A stretch of 64,000 bases of DNA from Macrostomum lignano (lineage: Eukaryota). Below the pieces are notes generated by a model. It made no database searches and had not been told where the DNA came from. It worked only from the letters and a program-made list of their open reading frames with translations. Position numbers and translations under genes: made by a program. The stretch spans positions 449,231 to 513,230 of the forward strand of contig NIVC01000606.1 in assembly GCA_002269645.1 (NCBI GenBank), in the 5' to 3' direction. Each line of letters opens with the position of its first letter. The stretch's first letter is position 1. Positions 25,759 through 38,698 of the stretch are shown here, in pieces.

Positions 25759-26784
25759 ATGTCGCAGATTGCTGCCGGTTTGCTTCTAGTTGCCATGGCA
25801 ACAGTTCTAAGAATAGCGTCATGTCAGGCGGACGCGCAACAGCCACTGCCGGGACTCCGGGTGATTCTCGGCGCGATGCCCTGGTCGGAGGCCGCCCAGC
25901 TGTGCGCCAGAGAGGGCCTGGCGCTCGCTCCAGCGGCGGCCGTGGACGGGGGCGCCGCGGCGGCCGGCGCTCGGCTGGCCGAGGAGCGCGTCGACCGCCG
26001 GCTGTGGATCGACGGCGTCAGGGACAGGCGCCGGTGCAGCTGCCGCTGGGAGCTGGGCGAGGGCGGCGGCGTCGGAAGCGGCGAGGTGGCGGAGGACTGG
26101 CGGCTGGCCAGGAACGAGTGCCTGACGATCCAGCCGCCAGCGCTGGTCGGGTTTGCCGACTGCCAGCAGTACCAGGGCGGCGCCCTCTGCTCCCGACCGC
26201 TGCCTCCGCAGCCAACTTCAACATGGCCGCCGCCATCTAGCCCGACTCCGACGCCTTCGGCGGCATCGGCTGCGGCGGCAGCGGCGGCAGCAGCAGCGGC
26301 GGCTGCGGCGGCTGCGGCGGCCGGGCATCGAGAGGCCTGGCTGCCAGCGGCCACGGCAGCCCTGGCAGTCTGCCTGCTGGTCATCGTGGTGCTCCTGATC
26401 ATCATCGCCGCTCAGCGGGCGTCGTCGTCCAGATCGATCAGATCTTCGGAATCCTCGGCTAGCACTGCGGCGGCGGCGTCGGCGGCCCTGGCGGGCGGCG
26501 GTAGCGGAGCTTCGACGAACCATCGGCATCTTCTCAGCGGCGGCGGCGTCGGCGGCGGCAACGCCGGTCTGTCGTCGGCAGCTCGACAGGTTTTCGCGAA
26601 CCGGCGCACGGCGGCCACGGCGCCGCTGCATCTGAGCGGGGAGGCGGCCGCGGCGGCGGAGGAGGGGCCGTGCGAGATCGCCTCGCTGTACGAGACAGCA
26701 ATGTGTCGGGGCGGCGGCTGCAGCAGTTTTGGCGGCGGCTGCAGTTGCAATGCTATCGGCGCACTGGCCAGTCAGAAGCTGTAG
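25759..26784 (+). CDS. Intronless type I membrane protein with a divergent C-type lectin-like domain (341 aa)
   Basis: Signal peptide, then MPWSEAAQLCAREGLALA...LWIDGV...W...ECLTI...DC..ALC (CTLD-like pattern, no EPN/QPD). Pro/Ala stalk, TM ALAVCLLVIVVLLIIIAA, tail with LYET. AATAAA at 26866. Confidence 0.75.
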   Translation: MSQIAAGLLLVAMATVLRIASCQADAQQPLPGLRVILGAMPWSEAAQLCAREGLALAPAAAVDGGAAAAGARLAEERVDRRLWIDGVRDRRRCSCRWELGEGGGVGSGEVAEDWRLARNECLTIQPPALVGFADCQQYQGGALCSRPLPPQPTSTWPPPSSPTPTPSAASAAAAAAAAAAAAAAAAAAGHREAWLPAATAALAVCLLVIVVLLIIIAAQRASSSRSIRSSESSASTAAAASAALAGGGSGASTNHRHLLSGGGVGGGNAGLSSAARQVFANRRTAATAPLHLSGEAAAAAEEGPCEIASLYETAMCRGGGCSSFGGGCSCNAIGALASQKL

Positions 26785-27724
26785 GAGCTTGGCGCGGATT
26801 GACTTGCTGGATTCAGTCTGAGTTTTATAACAATGTGTCTTATGAAAAATTGATAGAAAATTATGAATAAACCGTTTTAGTGCTCAATTTCGAATTAATA
26901 AAATAAAAGTATAATTCAACATGTTGTAAAGAGAACGGCAGTTTTAAATGATGCAGCGACAGAGGAGTCGGCAGCACATTCTCAGTCTTATGCTCACATT
27001 AGCGGACATGTGTATCAGTCAGCTGTCAGTGCCGCGGCCCCCCCCCCCCACGGGAGGCTGGACTAACGAGCGATGTAGGAAGCGGCAGAAGTATCTAGCG
27101 AATTACCGCGAGGGCCCAGGTCTGGCTGTACACGACCGCCCGCAGACTACAGAAGCAATGAAATCAGCTTACAAGCCGGCCTGCCAATTTTTGCACAATC
27201 TCTCGGCCTCGCCCACTTGATGCTGGGCGCAAGATGTGTGAAAATACGGTTGCTCTCCAGAGCTGCCAGTTCAGGGCTGCTGTATGGACTGAGTCATTGC
27301 TCAGCTCTCAGCTTCTTCTTCATCAATTCCGCCTTCTCCCCGTGCAGCCTGATTGCGGCTGGTGCAGATAAGCGGCAGAGGGAAGCGCTTCCCAACTCTT
27401 GTCCCATTAGCGGGGAGGCAGCGGAGTGAGACAGAAGGGAGCGGATAGACCAGGGATATTTCTCCTACTACTTTTCAGGCTGTGTAAATGCATATTTAGC
27501 CAAGCAAATTATCTCATTTGCGAGATTAGGCGAGATTTCTTGCAAGGTATAGGGTCAGCCGACCCCCATTGACCCCGTCCAGATCTACCATTGCTCAAGG
27601 ACTACTCAGGTAGAAGGATGGGAAACTACGTTTCTTGGAAAACGTTATAGTCAGCAGGTTTTACGTACCGAAAATACACAATACGGAGAATTGAGGTTTT
27701 CATTATCTCAGCGAGACTAGCCTA

Positions 27725-27845
27725 GGGGTTGTAGCCTAGTGTCACTGGAACAAATTGTGTCTTAAGCAAGACACTTGACTCTGCATTGCTTCAGTTCACC
27801 CAGCTGTAAAATGGGCACCAGCATTAGCTGGGGTAATTGAGGGTG
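27725..27845 (+). mobile_element. Internally deleted copy of SINE family A
   Basis: GTAGCCTAGTG followed directly by TGTGTCTTAAGCAAGACACTT..CTTCAGTTCACCCAGCTGTAAAATGGG..GCATTAGCTGGGGTAA, matching 16350-16435. Confidence 0.75.
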
Positions 27846-30098
27846 AGTCCTTGGCCTCCCAAAAAATTTATAAGAAACGCGTAGTTTACCTACTATTAGA
27901 GTAAAATGATTGTATAAGTTAATTCCCTGAAGTAATTTTACTCAAGTTCAAGTTATCGCTATTTTAAACAGTTTTCTGAGGTGCTCATGTTTTAAGCACG
28001 AATCTCCAGTTCTAAGGAGAATTTTCCCTCACAGCCGCTGCCTATTTGCATTTCCCCAACTGTTTACCTACAAGTCCGTGACGCCAAGACTGCATAAGCT
28101 AATTTAGCAGTTCCAGCCAAGGCAGTAATAAAAATGGCCAATCAATATTTGACAAACCGACAGGGCATCCAGTTTGGCAGATCGGGTTTCAAGCAGAAAA
28201 GAAATGGGAAAGGCGCCGCTGCAGCCCCTGAAATCCCTCGATCTGATCAATGAGTTTATAATTCTGGGGAGGCCTCGGAACTCCTCTGGACCAGCCCTCT
28301 GTCTTTTCTTGGCTGGCCATTTTACCAATGAACGATAGAGATGAGATGAGTAATCAATCAGATCAGCTGACCGGCTATTCGAGCTGTAGTCAATAAATCA
28401 ATGACTAGCATGCCGGGGCATTAACATACGTGTTTAGAGTTTATTAAACAATCCAAATTCAAGAACTGCGTGCAGGTCTTGCTGACAGACGGTTCAATTA
28501 TAAGCTCACAGAATACTAATTAGCTGCCGAGGCATCTCGCTATTTGAATAAAAGTTAGTTACTCCTGCCGTTTACCCAAAACAGCTGGTAAATGTTGGCT
28601 GGCAAATGGCCGTCTGGCAATCGGTGTAGACTCAAGAGAGCACACATCAAAGAGATCAATAATGATGGAAAAAGAGTTTAAGCAACAGCAAGTTTCTCGT
28701 GACCCATAGGATGCAAACAGCAGTGAAATTCTACAAGGCTTTGCGCTGAACAAAACAGGCAATTATTAACAGATTATTATTATTATTATGTATGAAATTA
28801 TGTAATATTACAAATAATGCTTCAACTTACTGTTATATATAGAATCAGTAAGGTTATAATACACAGAAGTTTTGGTACGATCGCTAACATAAATATTGCA
28901 ACAGGGCTGCTGTTACTATTAGAAATTTATTAATAAATTCGTGTATAAAATTATTGTATTACAGCATATTTTATTGTAGAATCTTATTTACAAAGAGAAA
29001 CCAAGTCTAAATTAGGATAGAAACAGGGGACGCACAACAGGAGAAATATTTTCATGCTGAAAAATTTCGAATTTACAAATTTGAAAACCGACCCAGATGC
29101 CAAAGTGGAGTGCATGCAGGCTGTGCTAGGACCCTGGGGTAGAAATGTTAATGAAATAATGGAATTATTTGTACTACTGGCATATGTTGGCATCAATGGC
29201 CAATTGACAGCCCAATATCTCCAAAGTTTGTCAGTATCCTGTGAAACATTTGCAGCCTTCCGACTGAATTTGCAATGCTATCTAAAATCATTTTGCAAGC
29301 TGCTAGGATTGCTTCAGTTTAATACGGTAGGACTTGAAGGGTCAAAGCATTAAATATGACAATCAACAGGTGCTCAGGTATTATATAGTGCGCAATAGTA
29401 CAGCTGCTCTCCTATATGTTACAACAGGTAAATATTGATAATGTAAATAAGCCGCATTATATAACACAGCAGCAAATTCAACTAGTTAACAGGTGCGGCA
29501 AAACAGAGCACAGGCAGTTAAAGACAAGAACTTAAGAAACATCCAATAAACAGAAGAGCCTGCAAGCTGCTAGTTAAATCCGCCTTAATCCTGCAAGAGT
29601 CAAAACGTAAAAACAAGTGAAAACAAAAACAGAAAAAACACAGGTAAAAATTCGGTTACACTATCAGCAACAAACCGAGAGCTCCCAGGTGATGCCAGTT
29701 ATGTGATACAGTAGTATTAAATAGCATATTGTAACTAGATGCGCGGTAAATCGCTGCCTTTATCAAATAACAAAAACTAGCAAATTAATAAATAATAAAT
29801 CGAAGCCATTCACAGATTCTATGATAATAAACTAGACAGGCCGCCCAGCAAATTTGCGTGTAAGCTACTTTCAATTCAGTAGTAAGAGTTAATCAAGCAT
29901 TTTGATGTATTTTTAGGACAAGGTTCATTTGTTGCCTTTCAATTCCCCTACGTGGAAAATCATTTTTTTGTTTCTTTTCACAAAATAGCTTACAAACTCT
30001 TCCTTGCTACTGAATTGACAGTAGGTAAACTGCTATACATGTAAATAGCCAATCTAGTTATTATCATATCTGTGGAAATTCCTACAGACATCTTCAGG

Positions 30099-31217
30099 CT
30101 AGGAAGCGTCTTCGCCGCCGCTTTTTCCACCGCCGCCGTTGCTAACGGCAACTGCAGGCGCCGATTCTGCGGCCGCCGCCGGCTCTGCCTCCGTTGCCGA
30201 CTTGTCCTCCTCGTCCTTGCCGTCGGCTGCAGCAGCCTCCGGCTTTGAATCCGTCGCATTCGAGCCCGCCAGCTCGTCACCTTCAGCGTTGTCTTCGGCT
30301 GCCACCGCCGTGGGAGCCGCGGTTTTGCTGTCGCCTTCGGCGCTGCCCGACTGCGACTCCGCATCCTTGCCGGCCCTGGGAGGAGTCTTGTCCTCCTTGT
30401 CGGCGGTACCGTCGGGCTTGTCAGCAGTGGAAGCTGACGCCGCAGTCTCTTCCTTCGCCTGCTTCTCCTCCTGGGTTCCGTCAGCGGCCTTCGGCTGCGA
30501 CTGTGGCGGCGGAGTCGGCGACTTATCCTTGACGACTTTTTCGTCGCGTGGCTTCGCCGAGTCCGCAGGTTTGGCCGGTGCTTCAGCCGGTGCTTCAGCC
30601 GGCGCTGCCGCAGCCGTTTCGCTAGAATCTCCCGCCTTCGCGCTGCTGCCGTCCTTGTCTTTGTTGTCCTTGGCCGGCGCTGCCGGTTTCTTCTTGTTCT
30701 TCTCGTCTTCTGCTTCCACTGCAACGGCTGCCGAGCTTGCTGTCTTGGAATTTGTTGCCGCCGTCGTCTCGGCCTTCGTTGCCGCCGCCGCTGCTGACGT
30801 AGCCGGTTTCGCTGCCGCTGCCGACGCCGCCTTACCCGGTGGCGCCGTAGATTTCGGCGCAGATTTGGCGCCAGTCGCAGCCGGATCAACCAGTTTAGCC
30901 AGGCCCCCGCATTTGGTCTCCTCAAAGCTGACCTCGCCGCTCTCCAATCGCACAATGAATTGGTGCACCGAGCGCACCTGGCCAAGTGGATCATCTGGCT
31001 GGCACGGCATCGAGGATAAGAAGCAGTGGGCCTCGCGGAACGGCGCCACGATGTGCACCAGGCTGTTGTCAGCGGACGGCCTGTACAGGTATTTCCTACC
31101 GTCGATGGCGTGCTCTTCAAAGTGATAAATGTTGAAGTTGCTCAAGTTGATGGAGTGAAACTTTTTAGAAAACAGCTCCGCTAAGCTTAGCTTGCTCTGC
31201 TTGGCTGGCGTTGCCAT
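30099..31217 (-). CDS. 372-aa protein: ~95-aa globular N-terminal domain (putative divergent cystatin/stefin fold) plus acidic Ala/Glu/Asp/Lys-rich disordered tail
   Basis: Long GC-rich ORF in an AT-rich context. The N-terminal domain is clearly paralogous to 33148-33456. Confidence 0.8.
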   Translation of the reverse strand: MATPAKQSKLSLAELFSKKFHSINLSNFNIYHFEEHAIDGRKYLYRPSADNSLVHIVAPFREAHCFLSSMPCQPDDPLGQVRSVHQFIVRLESGEVSFEETKCGGLAKLVDPAATGAKSAPKSTAPPGKAASAAAAKPATSAAAAATKAETTAATNSKTASSAAVAVEAEDEKNKKKPAAPAKDNKDKDGSSAKAGDSSETAAAAPAEAPAEAPAKPADSAKPRDEKVVKDKSPTPPPQSQPKAADGTQEEKQAKEETAASASTADKPDGTADKEDKTPPRAGKDAESQSGSAEGDSKTAAPTAVAAEDNAEGDELAGSNATDSKPEAAAADGKDEEDKSATEAEPAAAAESAPAVAVSNGGGGKSGGEDAS

Positions 31218-31364
31218 TGTTGACAGGGCAGCGACGATGTCTCTCGCTCAACAGGTGACGCTGGGAGTTAAAGGCTGCAACGTTAATTTATCATTTATTG
31301 GTGCTGTTTAAAATGAAGTCTGGGTTAAGGTTAAAGTGCCAAGTCATTCAGACTGTCACTCATT

Positions 31365-31780
31365 GTAGCTGTGGATAAACTCTCATTCTGGCTGTGGATA
31401 AACTCTCATTCTGGCTGTGGATAAACTCTCATTCTGGCTGTGGATAAACTCTTATTCTGGCTGTGGATAAACTGTCACTATGGTTGTGGATGAACTCTCA
31501 CTATGGCTGTGGATGAACTTTCACTATGGTTGTGGATGAACTCTCACTATGGCTGTGGATGAACTCTCACTATGGTTGTGGATGAACTCTCACTATGGCT
31601 GTGGATAAAATCTCACTATGGCTGTGGCCTGTGGATAAACTCTCACCATGGCTGTGGATAAAATCTCACTATGGCTGTGGCCTGTGGATAAACTCTCACT
31701 ATAAGTGTGGATAAACTCTCACTATGGCTGTGGATAAACTCACTATAACTGTGGATAAACTCTCACTATGGCTGTGGATG
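31365..31780. repeat. 23-bp minisatellite (TGGCTGTGGATAAACTCTCACTA)
   Basis: About 18 units. Confidence 0.92.
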
Positions 31781-33147
31781 AGCTAGTACTTGGCATTGGT
31801 AAAATTCATATATGACTATGTATAATGTGTAACTTGGCTATGAATAAAAATTCTAATGCAGTTGTGCATTAATGGAAAAAAGAAGCAGTAAAACATATTG
31901 ATATTTATGACTGAACTGTGTTAGCGACTAAATGTATTTATTAATTGCGTTATACCAGTCATCAGTGACAATATTAAATAGCAACGAGAATGGGAAAGAG
32001 CAGGCATTTGCAGGCGCACTGCCAATTACAGTGCTATAAAGATACGGAAAGAACACGCAGACTGCTCTACTTACAGTAGAGATGCAAGTAAATCATGCGC
32101 GCCATCTGTGCCGCAGCGCAAGTATTAATCGCAGTAAAATGAATACGAAAAACCTAAATAAAAATCGTCATTAAATCTTACAATTAAAATTGGCATGCAT
32201 AAAATATATATTTTTAAAATGTATTATATACGAGCAGGAACAATTGCAAATACCGGTGTTATTTGACAAAGTTAACGCATTTTGTTCGGGGTGTTCTTTG
32301 TAAAAACAATTGTCGAATAAAAAGCGCGCAAACTACTGAGAGAACAGTAGGCAGTGACAGAAATTAAGGACTGCAGCTTTAGTTGAGGCTGAGGTGGGCA
32401 CACAAGGTGGGTCAAAACAACAAATAAAAATATCAATATTAACACACATTAGTAAAGCGTTCTTGAAAGCGAAATAAACAAGGTCAAATGAAGGACAAAT
32501 CGTTTAACTAAGGTATCGTCTTCGCGTACATTATGAGCAAGCGCATACTTAATATGTAGATACAAACGAAAGAATATGGAGATCTTCTAGCAAGCATGAA
32601 CCAGTCTAGTCAATAAAATTGAAGCTCATTACAAGATTGCCTTACACATTGAGACATTACTTTCTTATGCGGTCATAGAAGCCAGTGTAAATAAATCATT
32701 GCGTTTTGTGACTCAAGGTGACAGCAAGGAATATACTACTGAATTAAACTCCAGTCAGTAGTATTCTTTTCACGATTTACTGTCCTAAGGTCTTTATCTA
32801 ACAGATATTTATCTTTGCAAGTCACTCGCTATTGATATTATTGTTTATGTCCCATAATACTACTAAATTCAACTCTTGTCAGTAGTAGTCTTGTCGATAG
32901 CTTTTATTCTTTTATACTATTTATACTTAAAAATATATTTTTTAAATGCCTAAAATCCTAATATTTTGAAATGGGTCAATTTATTAACGTGAAATTTTTC
33001 ACCTAGCGCATTGTGCAAATATGGACAGCATACCCAATCAAAAGCTATGGAAGAATTCTCCTTAATTTTGAAATACCCCTCGTACAGCCAAGTCTTTGAA
33101 CAGACAAAACACTGCCTTGTGATATTGAGGCTGCATATAAGAAAAGC

Positions 33148-33456
33148 TCACACACCAGCCGCAGACTCTGACTGCATAACATACTGGTGAATCTCGTGTA
33201 TCCTAGCGGCCGGGTCTCCACTAGGGCAGGGCATGGACACAAGCAGGCACATGCGGTCGCGGTATTTCAGCACAACAGTCAGCATGTCGTTGCGCACAGA
33301 TGGCCGGAACAGGTACTTCCGGCCGGATATGGTCAGCTCCTCGAAATGATAGATATTGTAGTTGTCCGGATTGAAGCTGTGCAGTTTCCGACTGAAGATG
33401 TCGCCAATCTCGGCCAGCTTAGCAGTCGGCTGCCGGTTCTCCACATCTGAGGACAT
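33148..33456 (-). CDS. 102-aa paralog consisting only of the shared domain (putative divergent cystatin/stefin fold)
   Basis: ATG at 33456 (MSSDVENRQ...). Shares FS.K.HS.N..N.NIYHFEE..I.GRKYL.RPS..N and C.L.SMPC...DP......HQ with the 30099-31217 protein. Minus-strand AATAAA at 32980-32985. Confidence 0.75.
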   Translation of the reverse strand: MSSDVENRQPTAKLAEIGDIFSRKLHSFNPDNYNIYHFEELTISGRKYLFRPSVRNDMLTVVLKYRDRMCLLVSMPCPSGDPAARIHEIHQYVMQSESAAGV

Positions 33457-35795
33457 TGCGTCCGTGTCTGCGTGAGTTGGCGACTGCAATTGGAGCCACT
33501 AAACAGCTATTCAGAAAGTTTAAACATTTAGTTCTGGTAGTATCAGCAGCTGTGTGTCATGACAAGTAATGGTGCATAAGATAATCAACAGTTTTCTATT
33601 ATTCTATTTTTAAATAAAATAAATTATGGTTGATAAGACTTAAAATGCCAATACTCTCAATAGTCAAAATTTTTGGGACTTAAAGGACCTGTGTAATTTA
33701 AGGATTCCTTATCTATAGTCATAAAGTCTGATGAATTGATTTAAATCATTCTTTATCTTACTATCTAACCATTTTATCCACTTTAATAAGGTTTTCAATC
33801 CCATCTCATTGCTTTTAATCTCAAATCATCCGATTCTAAAAGAAAAAATACTGAATTTGATTGATAAGGGATTATATCAATTATTAATTAGAAACACTTA
33901 CCTTATGGTTAGGTAGGCACTATGACCATACATTTGCAACCTTTAAAATCACACTGATCATGCAACTTTTTTGCAAATCACCCAAAATTACAATAAAATC
34001 TTAATTTTTATCAAGTTTAGTCAAAAGATATGACAAATTCTTTAAGTTTAAGGTGACAATAATATAGAATTTTTCAAGTTCTTAAAATTGAACACAAGTA
34101 TAATAATCAGCTATTAGTCCTATAAGATAATGGCCTAGACTTCAACGTCATAGACATTGCAAAGATTGAAGCTTATTAGTACGAGCTAGATATTTGGAAC
34201 TAGATAATTATTGGTTTAAAATAATTGTTTAAAGCAATTGTCAAAAGGCTTTCATTATAATTTATTACCTATACTTAAGTTGAAGCTTAACTAATTTGTT
34301 CAAAAATTAATAGCTTAATAGTTGGGCCTATCTCTATTATTAGAATATTCTTAGATATTTATAGACAATATATTAAGGTAAATCTAAATCAACATAGTGT
34401 TATAACACAGCATATGTTTTTAATAACAATAAGTCCTTTAGTCTAGGATTTTCTGCACAATAGGAAAGCTATAGCATCTTGACTTTTTAAATCCTATTTT
34501 GAAATTGGACCTTAGATCTACTATTATAGCTTGTTTTAAATAGAATGTTTTTTTTTCTTTTTGTAAAGAGAAACTTATATATCTTAAATAAAAATGTCTT
34601 TTCTAGTGATTTTTAGCATAACTATACTTATAGGCTTAACAAAAAACTATAAGGCAAGTCCCATACTTTGAAAGTTATATGCATGCCAAAAATATCTAGC
34701 ATACTAATGTAATGAATAGTTTAGCTATTTTGGCATAGGCCTACCATTTTGATCTCAAGTAAATTTTTGGCACACTAATTTATGCTTACTAAAACTTAAA
34801 AGTTTGACAAATACACAAGTTACACATTGCAAGAAATTTTCTCTTTAAAAAATACATGCATTATAAAAGTTTTGAAGAACTCTTTTAGCTTTTTATTAAC
34901 AAAACAAGCAGTATTTTTATAGATATAGGCTCTAAGCTTCAATATACTAAAACTGATTCAATGTTTGTCTGTTGCAAGTGAACTCCTACAATACTGCCAA
35001 ATCAGCATTGAATCTTATGGGAAAACTGCAAATTTTCCAGATCAGGCTTTAGGCTGTTTTAATTTTTAATTTTTACATTTTAACATCCCTAAAAAAGTAG
35101 AAAACTGCTTTTAACCTTCTTTGGCCCTTCTGTCTTTCCAGTGGAAGGGTTGCAGTTGGTTTATAAAAAAAGCCATCCCAACCTCCACCTGCAAGTTGCT
35201 ATGTATTGGGGGTGGGTGCACATGTTCCAGGTTCAAGGCAAATAACCCCCCTGTGTTGGGGGCTGCAATTAAATTTAATGATTCCCTCGGAACAGGGGGT
35301 TGGGCTTGGGCAAAGTGTACATAGCAGTTGTAGTGTGAAAAGATAGATAGGACTCTGTTGAGATTCAATAGGTTTTATTATTGGCGCCTTTCAATATGTA
35401 GCCCTATGTATTAGCTGAGCAATGAAATTCAATGAATAAACTTGCAAGCCTCTTTCCTATAGGAAAAAGTTGTAAAACTGCGGATGGACTTTTGAAATTT
35501 TTCTAAAGCGCAGTGCACGCACAAATGGGTTTATTTAACTTTTCTTTAAGCCTAGTCATATTTTTCTTGTTAAAAAATTTGACAACTGCAAAAAAGGTCC
35601 TTTATTGTTTATATTTTTAACAATATAAAAGTGGCATATATTTGTTATAACATAAAAAGAGGCATTTTTCTAGCATACCATGTTGTACTATCCTAACTAT
35701 AGGGTAGATCTAAGCACAAAATTTAAAGGCCTAAGGCTAAGCACTGACATGGCTTATAAGATATCTTATAAAAGTAATTATATTTTGTACTTTTT

Positions 35796-36322
35796 CCATA
35801 GTCAGGAAGGTTGCCTCTGAGGGGGAAAATTCCCGCGCACACAAAGGGTCTCAGCACACAAGTGCGGCGCACACAAGGGGTCGTTGGCGCACTTGGCGCA
35901 CACTGAGGTCCCTAGCGCATGCGGCGCATAATTGCAGCGCATAAGGTCCCTGACATGCATGAAAATTATAATGAAAATTAACAATTTTATATAAAATAAA
36001 GGAGATTTATATAGTCTAGAAAGTCAGTAATAAACTTTTTGCTTCTTTAAAATTAACAGTAAATAAAATTAGTATAAACTATTGCTAAAAACGTCAATTT
36101 TGCATTACTCTATTCGTAGGTATAATTTAAGTTTGTTTAAAATGAAAATATGCATAACATTTTAAAAAGGCTTTTCGTACAAAGGCCTTTCTTAGAAAAC
36201 TCTACTTGTGAAGAGTGGCGCACAGACGGTGCACAGACAGTGCACAAATGGCGCATAGACGGAGCACATATCGTCCCAAAAAAATTATTCCGGCGCACAC
36301 TGTGCCACCTTCCTGACTATGG
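35796..36322. mobile_element. MITE with CCATAGTCAGGAAGG TIRs and perfect 8-bp TSD (hAT or P superfamily)
   Basis: TIRs CCATAGTCAGGAAGGTTGC / GCCACCTTCCTGACTATGG. TACTTTTT flanks both sides (35788-35795, 36323-36330). Confidence 0.9.
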
Positions 36323-37579
36323 TACTTTTTTCACATTGCATTATTTGTATAATTTGTATTCTATTTAATATTGTACTGTACTTTTTATTGTATTTATTAT
36401 TTATATAAGTTTTCAAAACTTGTTTATAACATATTTTGTTTTATTGCTTATGCAATATTAACTAATATATAATAAATTGTCGCATTGCTCATAAGAGTTG
36501 GCCACTCTGATTCAGCACCTCTTGATTGAAAATTCAAATTATGGTCTTCGTGGGAGACTTTGGCTATTCATTTCATTTTACAAGCTATTGCCCAAAAATC
36601 ATTGACAAGAATCAAGATAAATGATATTTAAAATGTTAAATTGACATTGCAATGCTTTTCCACATTTGCTATGAAAATCCAGTACATTTACTGATATTAT
36701 TGTTAATAATATACACTATAGATAGGGCCTATACTGACAAAGCATTGACACACACCACTTTTTTTAGAATCAAACATCCATGTCTGGGCTTTACCATATT
36801 AATTTTTGAATCACAGTTAACTAACTGAGATATTTAAATGCAGCCATTGTGTTTATAGTCCAAACCTTACTTCAAGAACGTCGAACGACCGCGATTCTTA
36901 TTAATTTATGACAGTCACATCGTAGAAAGCAAAAGAAAACAAGATTTAAAAACAGACATATTTACCTTAACAGTTATAACAATGTCTTATTGACAGCTGC
37001 ACGGTTACAAGTAATATATATTTCATATTTTAAATACTCTTATATTCTTAAAAAAATATTTTATATTTAAAAAAAGTAATAAAAATTTTAGATTTTAGAT
37101 TTTAAGAACCTTTAAACTGCGTATGTTCGTTCGTTCGTTCGTTTTGTTCGTTTAATTATTTCCGGAATTATTTCGCCCTCTATTCAAGGGTGGTGGGGGG
37201 TGGGTGTTGGAATTAAACGAACGAAACTAGAAGATAGCCGTTCGCAGTTGGGTTAGTTTATTGGCCCGGCCCCTGGCCTTTTCACTAAGTCAAACTTATA
37301 CTACAGCTAATATTGTAAGGCCTAACTAAGTGGCAACCAGTCATTTCACTTCAGTGAAAAGCTTTTCTCTTCTTGACACAATGATGCAGTCCTAGGGCCT
37401 ACTCTAGTCTCCTAGTAATAGTAATAGGCTCTAGTAAGTATTATGTTTTAAAGCAGTGAAGACAACAGTAACAAGGGTGGGTTGGTACAGTTTTGAATAA
37501 AAAAGTAAAGTGAGTTAGTGATTTTTAGCAGAACAGTTATTTGGCCCTAATGTCAATGGCATGCATGCGCATTGCGCAA

Positions 37580-37775
37580 CCCCCCTGATTTACACTGGCC
37601 ATGCCCATGCGACTTACTTTTTTAACAAAAATGCGACTTACCTGTAAAAAAAAACCTAACGCAATTTTGGGTAAACGGCAGGAGTAACTATAACTGTCTT
37701 ATTAGGGCTGAATGCCTCGTCATCTAATTAGTAATACGTCTATTCTTTAGGCTGGGCATTTTTGCGACTTACCCC
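37580..37775 (+). repeat. Dispersed repeat carrying a 66-bp 28S rRNA-derived segment (37669-37734)
   Basis: Homologous to ~38699-38895 (CCCCCTGATTTACACTGG ... CTATT.TTT.AGG.GGGCATTTT). The insert matches the LSU rRNA sequence as I recall it at 55/66 positions, ungapped. Confidence 0.8.
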
Positions 37776-38698
37776 TGGTCCACCACAATTTACGGTGGCC
37801 AGATCGGCCAGCAGTTGCGCATTTATGGTCAATGGTATTATGCGGAAGAGGGTAGGGTAGGGTGTGGTAAGGTTAGACACAGACAGCAAGTTTGTTTGAG
37901 TAGTGTGCTTGATTGAACCTTGTAGTTGTAGAAATAAAATTTGCAGTTCATTTCAAGAGAAGCTTATATATTTTTGTGCATTTATTTTTTTGTGTACTTC
38001 TTTAAATTAAGAATATATACAATAAATAGGCTACAGTGTGAAGAACAGGTGAATCATGTTCTAAGAAGTATAGTCACAATATGCTAACAATAAATGTTTA
38101 TTTAAACAGATTGCACTGTTTACTAATAAAAAATAACAAATTGCTATTCTCCCATGTAGTATTTTATTATATAAAATTATTTCTATTTGACCTAAATAAT
38201 ATTATAAATTATATTAAAGCTAAAAATTAAGTAGGCCTATCTAAAAGATGCAACATAGAACATGTTAACATAGTAATATAGGTATAGTACTAATTAGCTG
38301 ATTAGTCATTTAGTCTTAATGAGACAGTTAGTTACTCTTGCCATTTATCCAAAACTATAATGCAATACCAAAAAGTTACAAAATTACAATGGAAGGTTGG
38401 ATGCCTTTTGTCCACTTATAGAGGAAATAGAGGAATAGAGGAAATAGACGAAAAGAGAGGAAGAAAGAAAAAAAGTAGAAAAAAATAAAAAAGAAGAGGA
38501 AAGAAGAAAAATCAAAAAAAGAAAAGAAAAACAAAAAGACTATATCACAACTAGAAGCAACTAAGTTGCAACTAGATGAACTTAAGTTGCAACTGGAGGC
38601 AAGCAAAGTAATATGCAATTTTTGGGGAAAAAACTAAGTCATAATTATTAACTAAGTAAAATTTTGAAATTGGAAATATATTCATGCATATATATATG

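Noticed and set aside
28560-28710. YSCRLPKTAGKC resembling a Kunitz N-terminus
   Set aside because: The remaining Kunitz Cys/Gly/Phe pattern is absent and the frame stops early.
29990-31125. 376-aa minus and 328-aa plus ORFs overlapping the 30099-31217 gene
   Set aside because: Alternative or antisense frames of a GC-rich exon; only the 30099-31217 frame matches the paralog.
36860-37010. RFLLIYDSH.. resembling a pogo/Tigger DDE transposase fragment
   Set aside because: Very short, interrupted by stops, and no other transposase motifs found.
37669-37734. Functional rRNA gene
   Set aside because: Only ~65 bp of 28S-like sequence, diverged and embedded in repeats; no surrounding rDNA.
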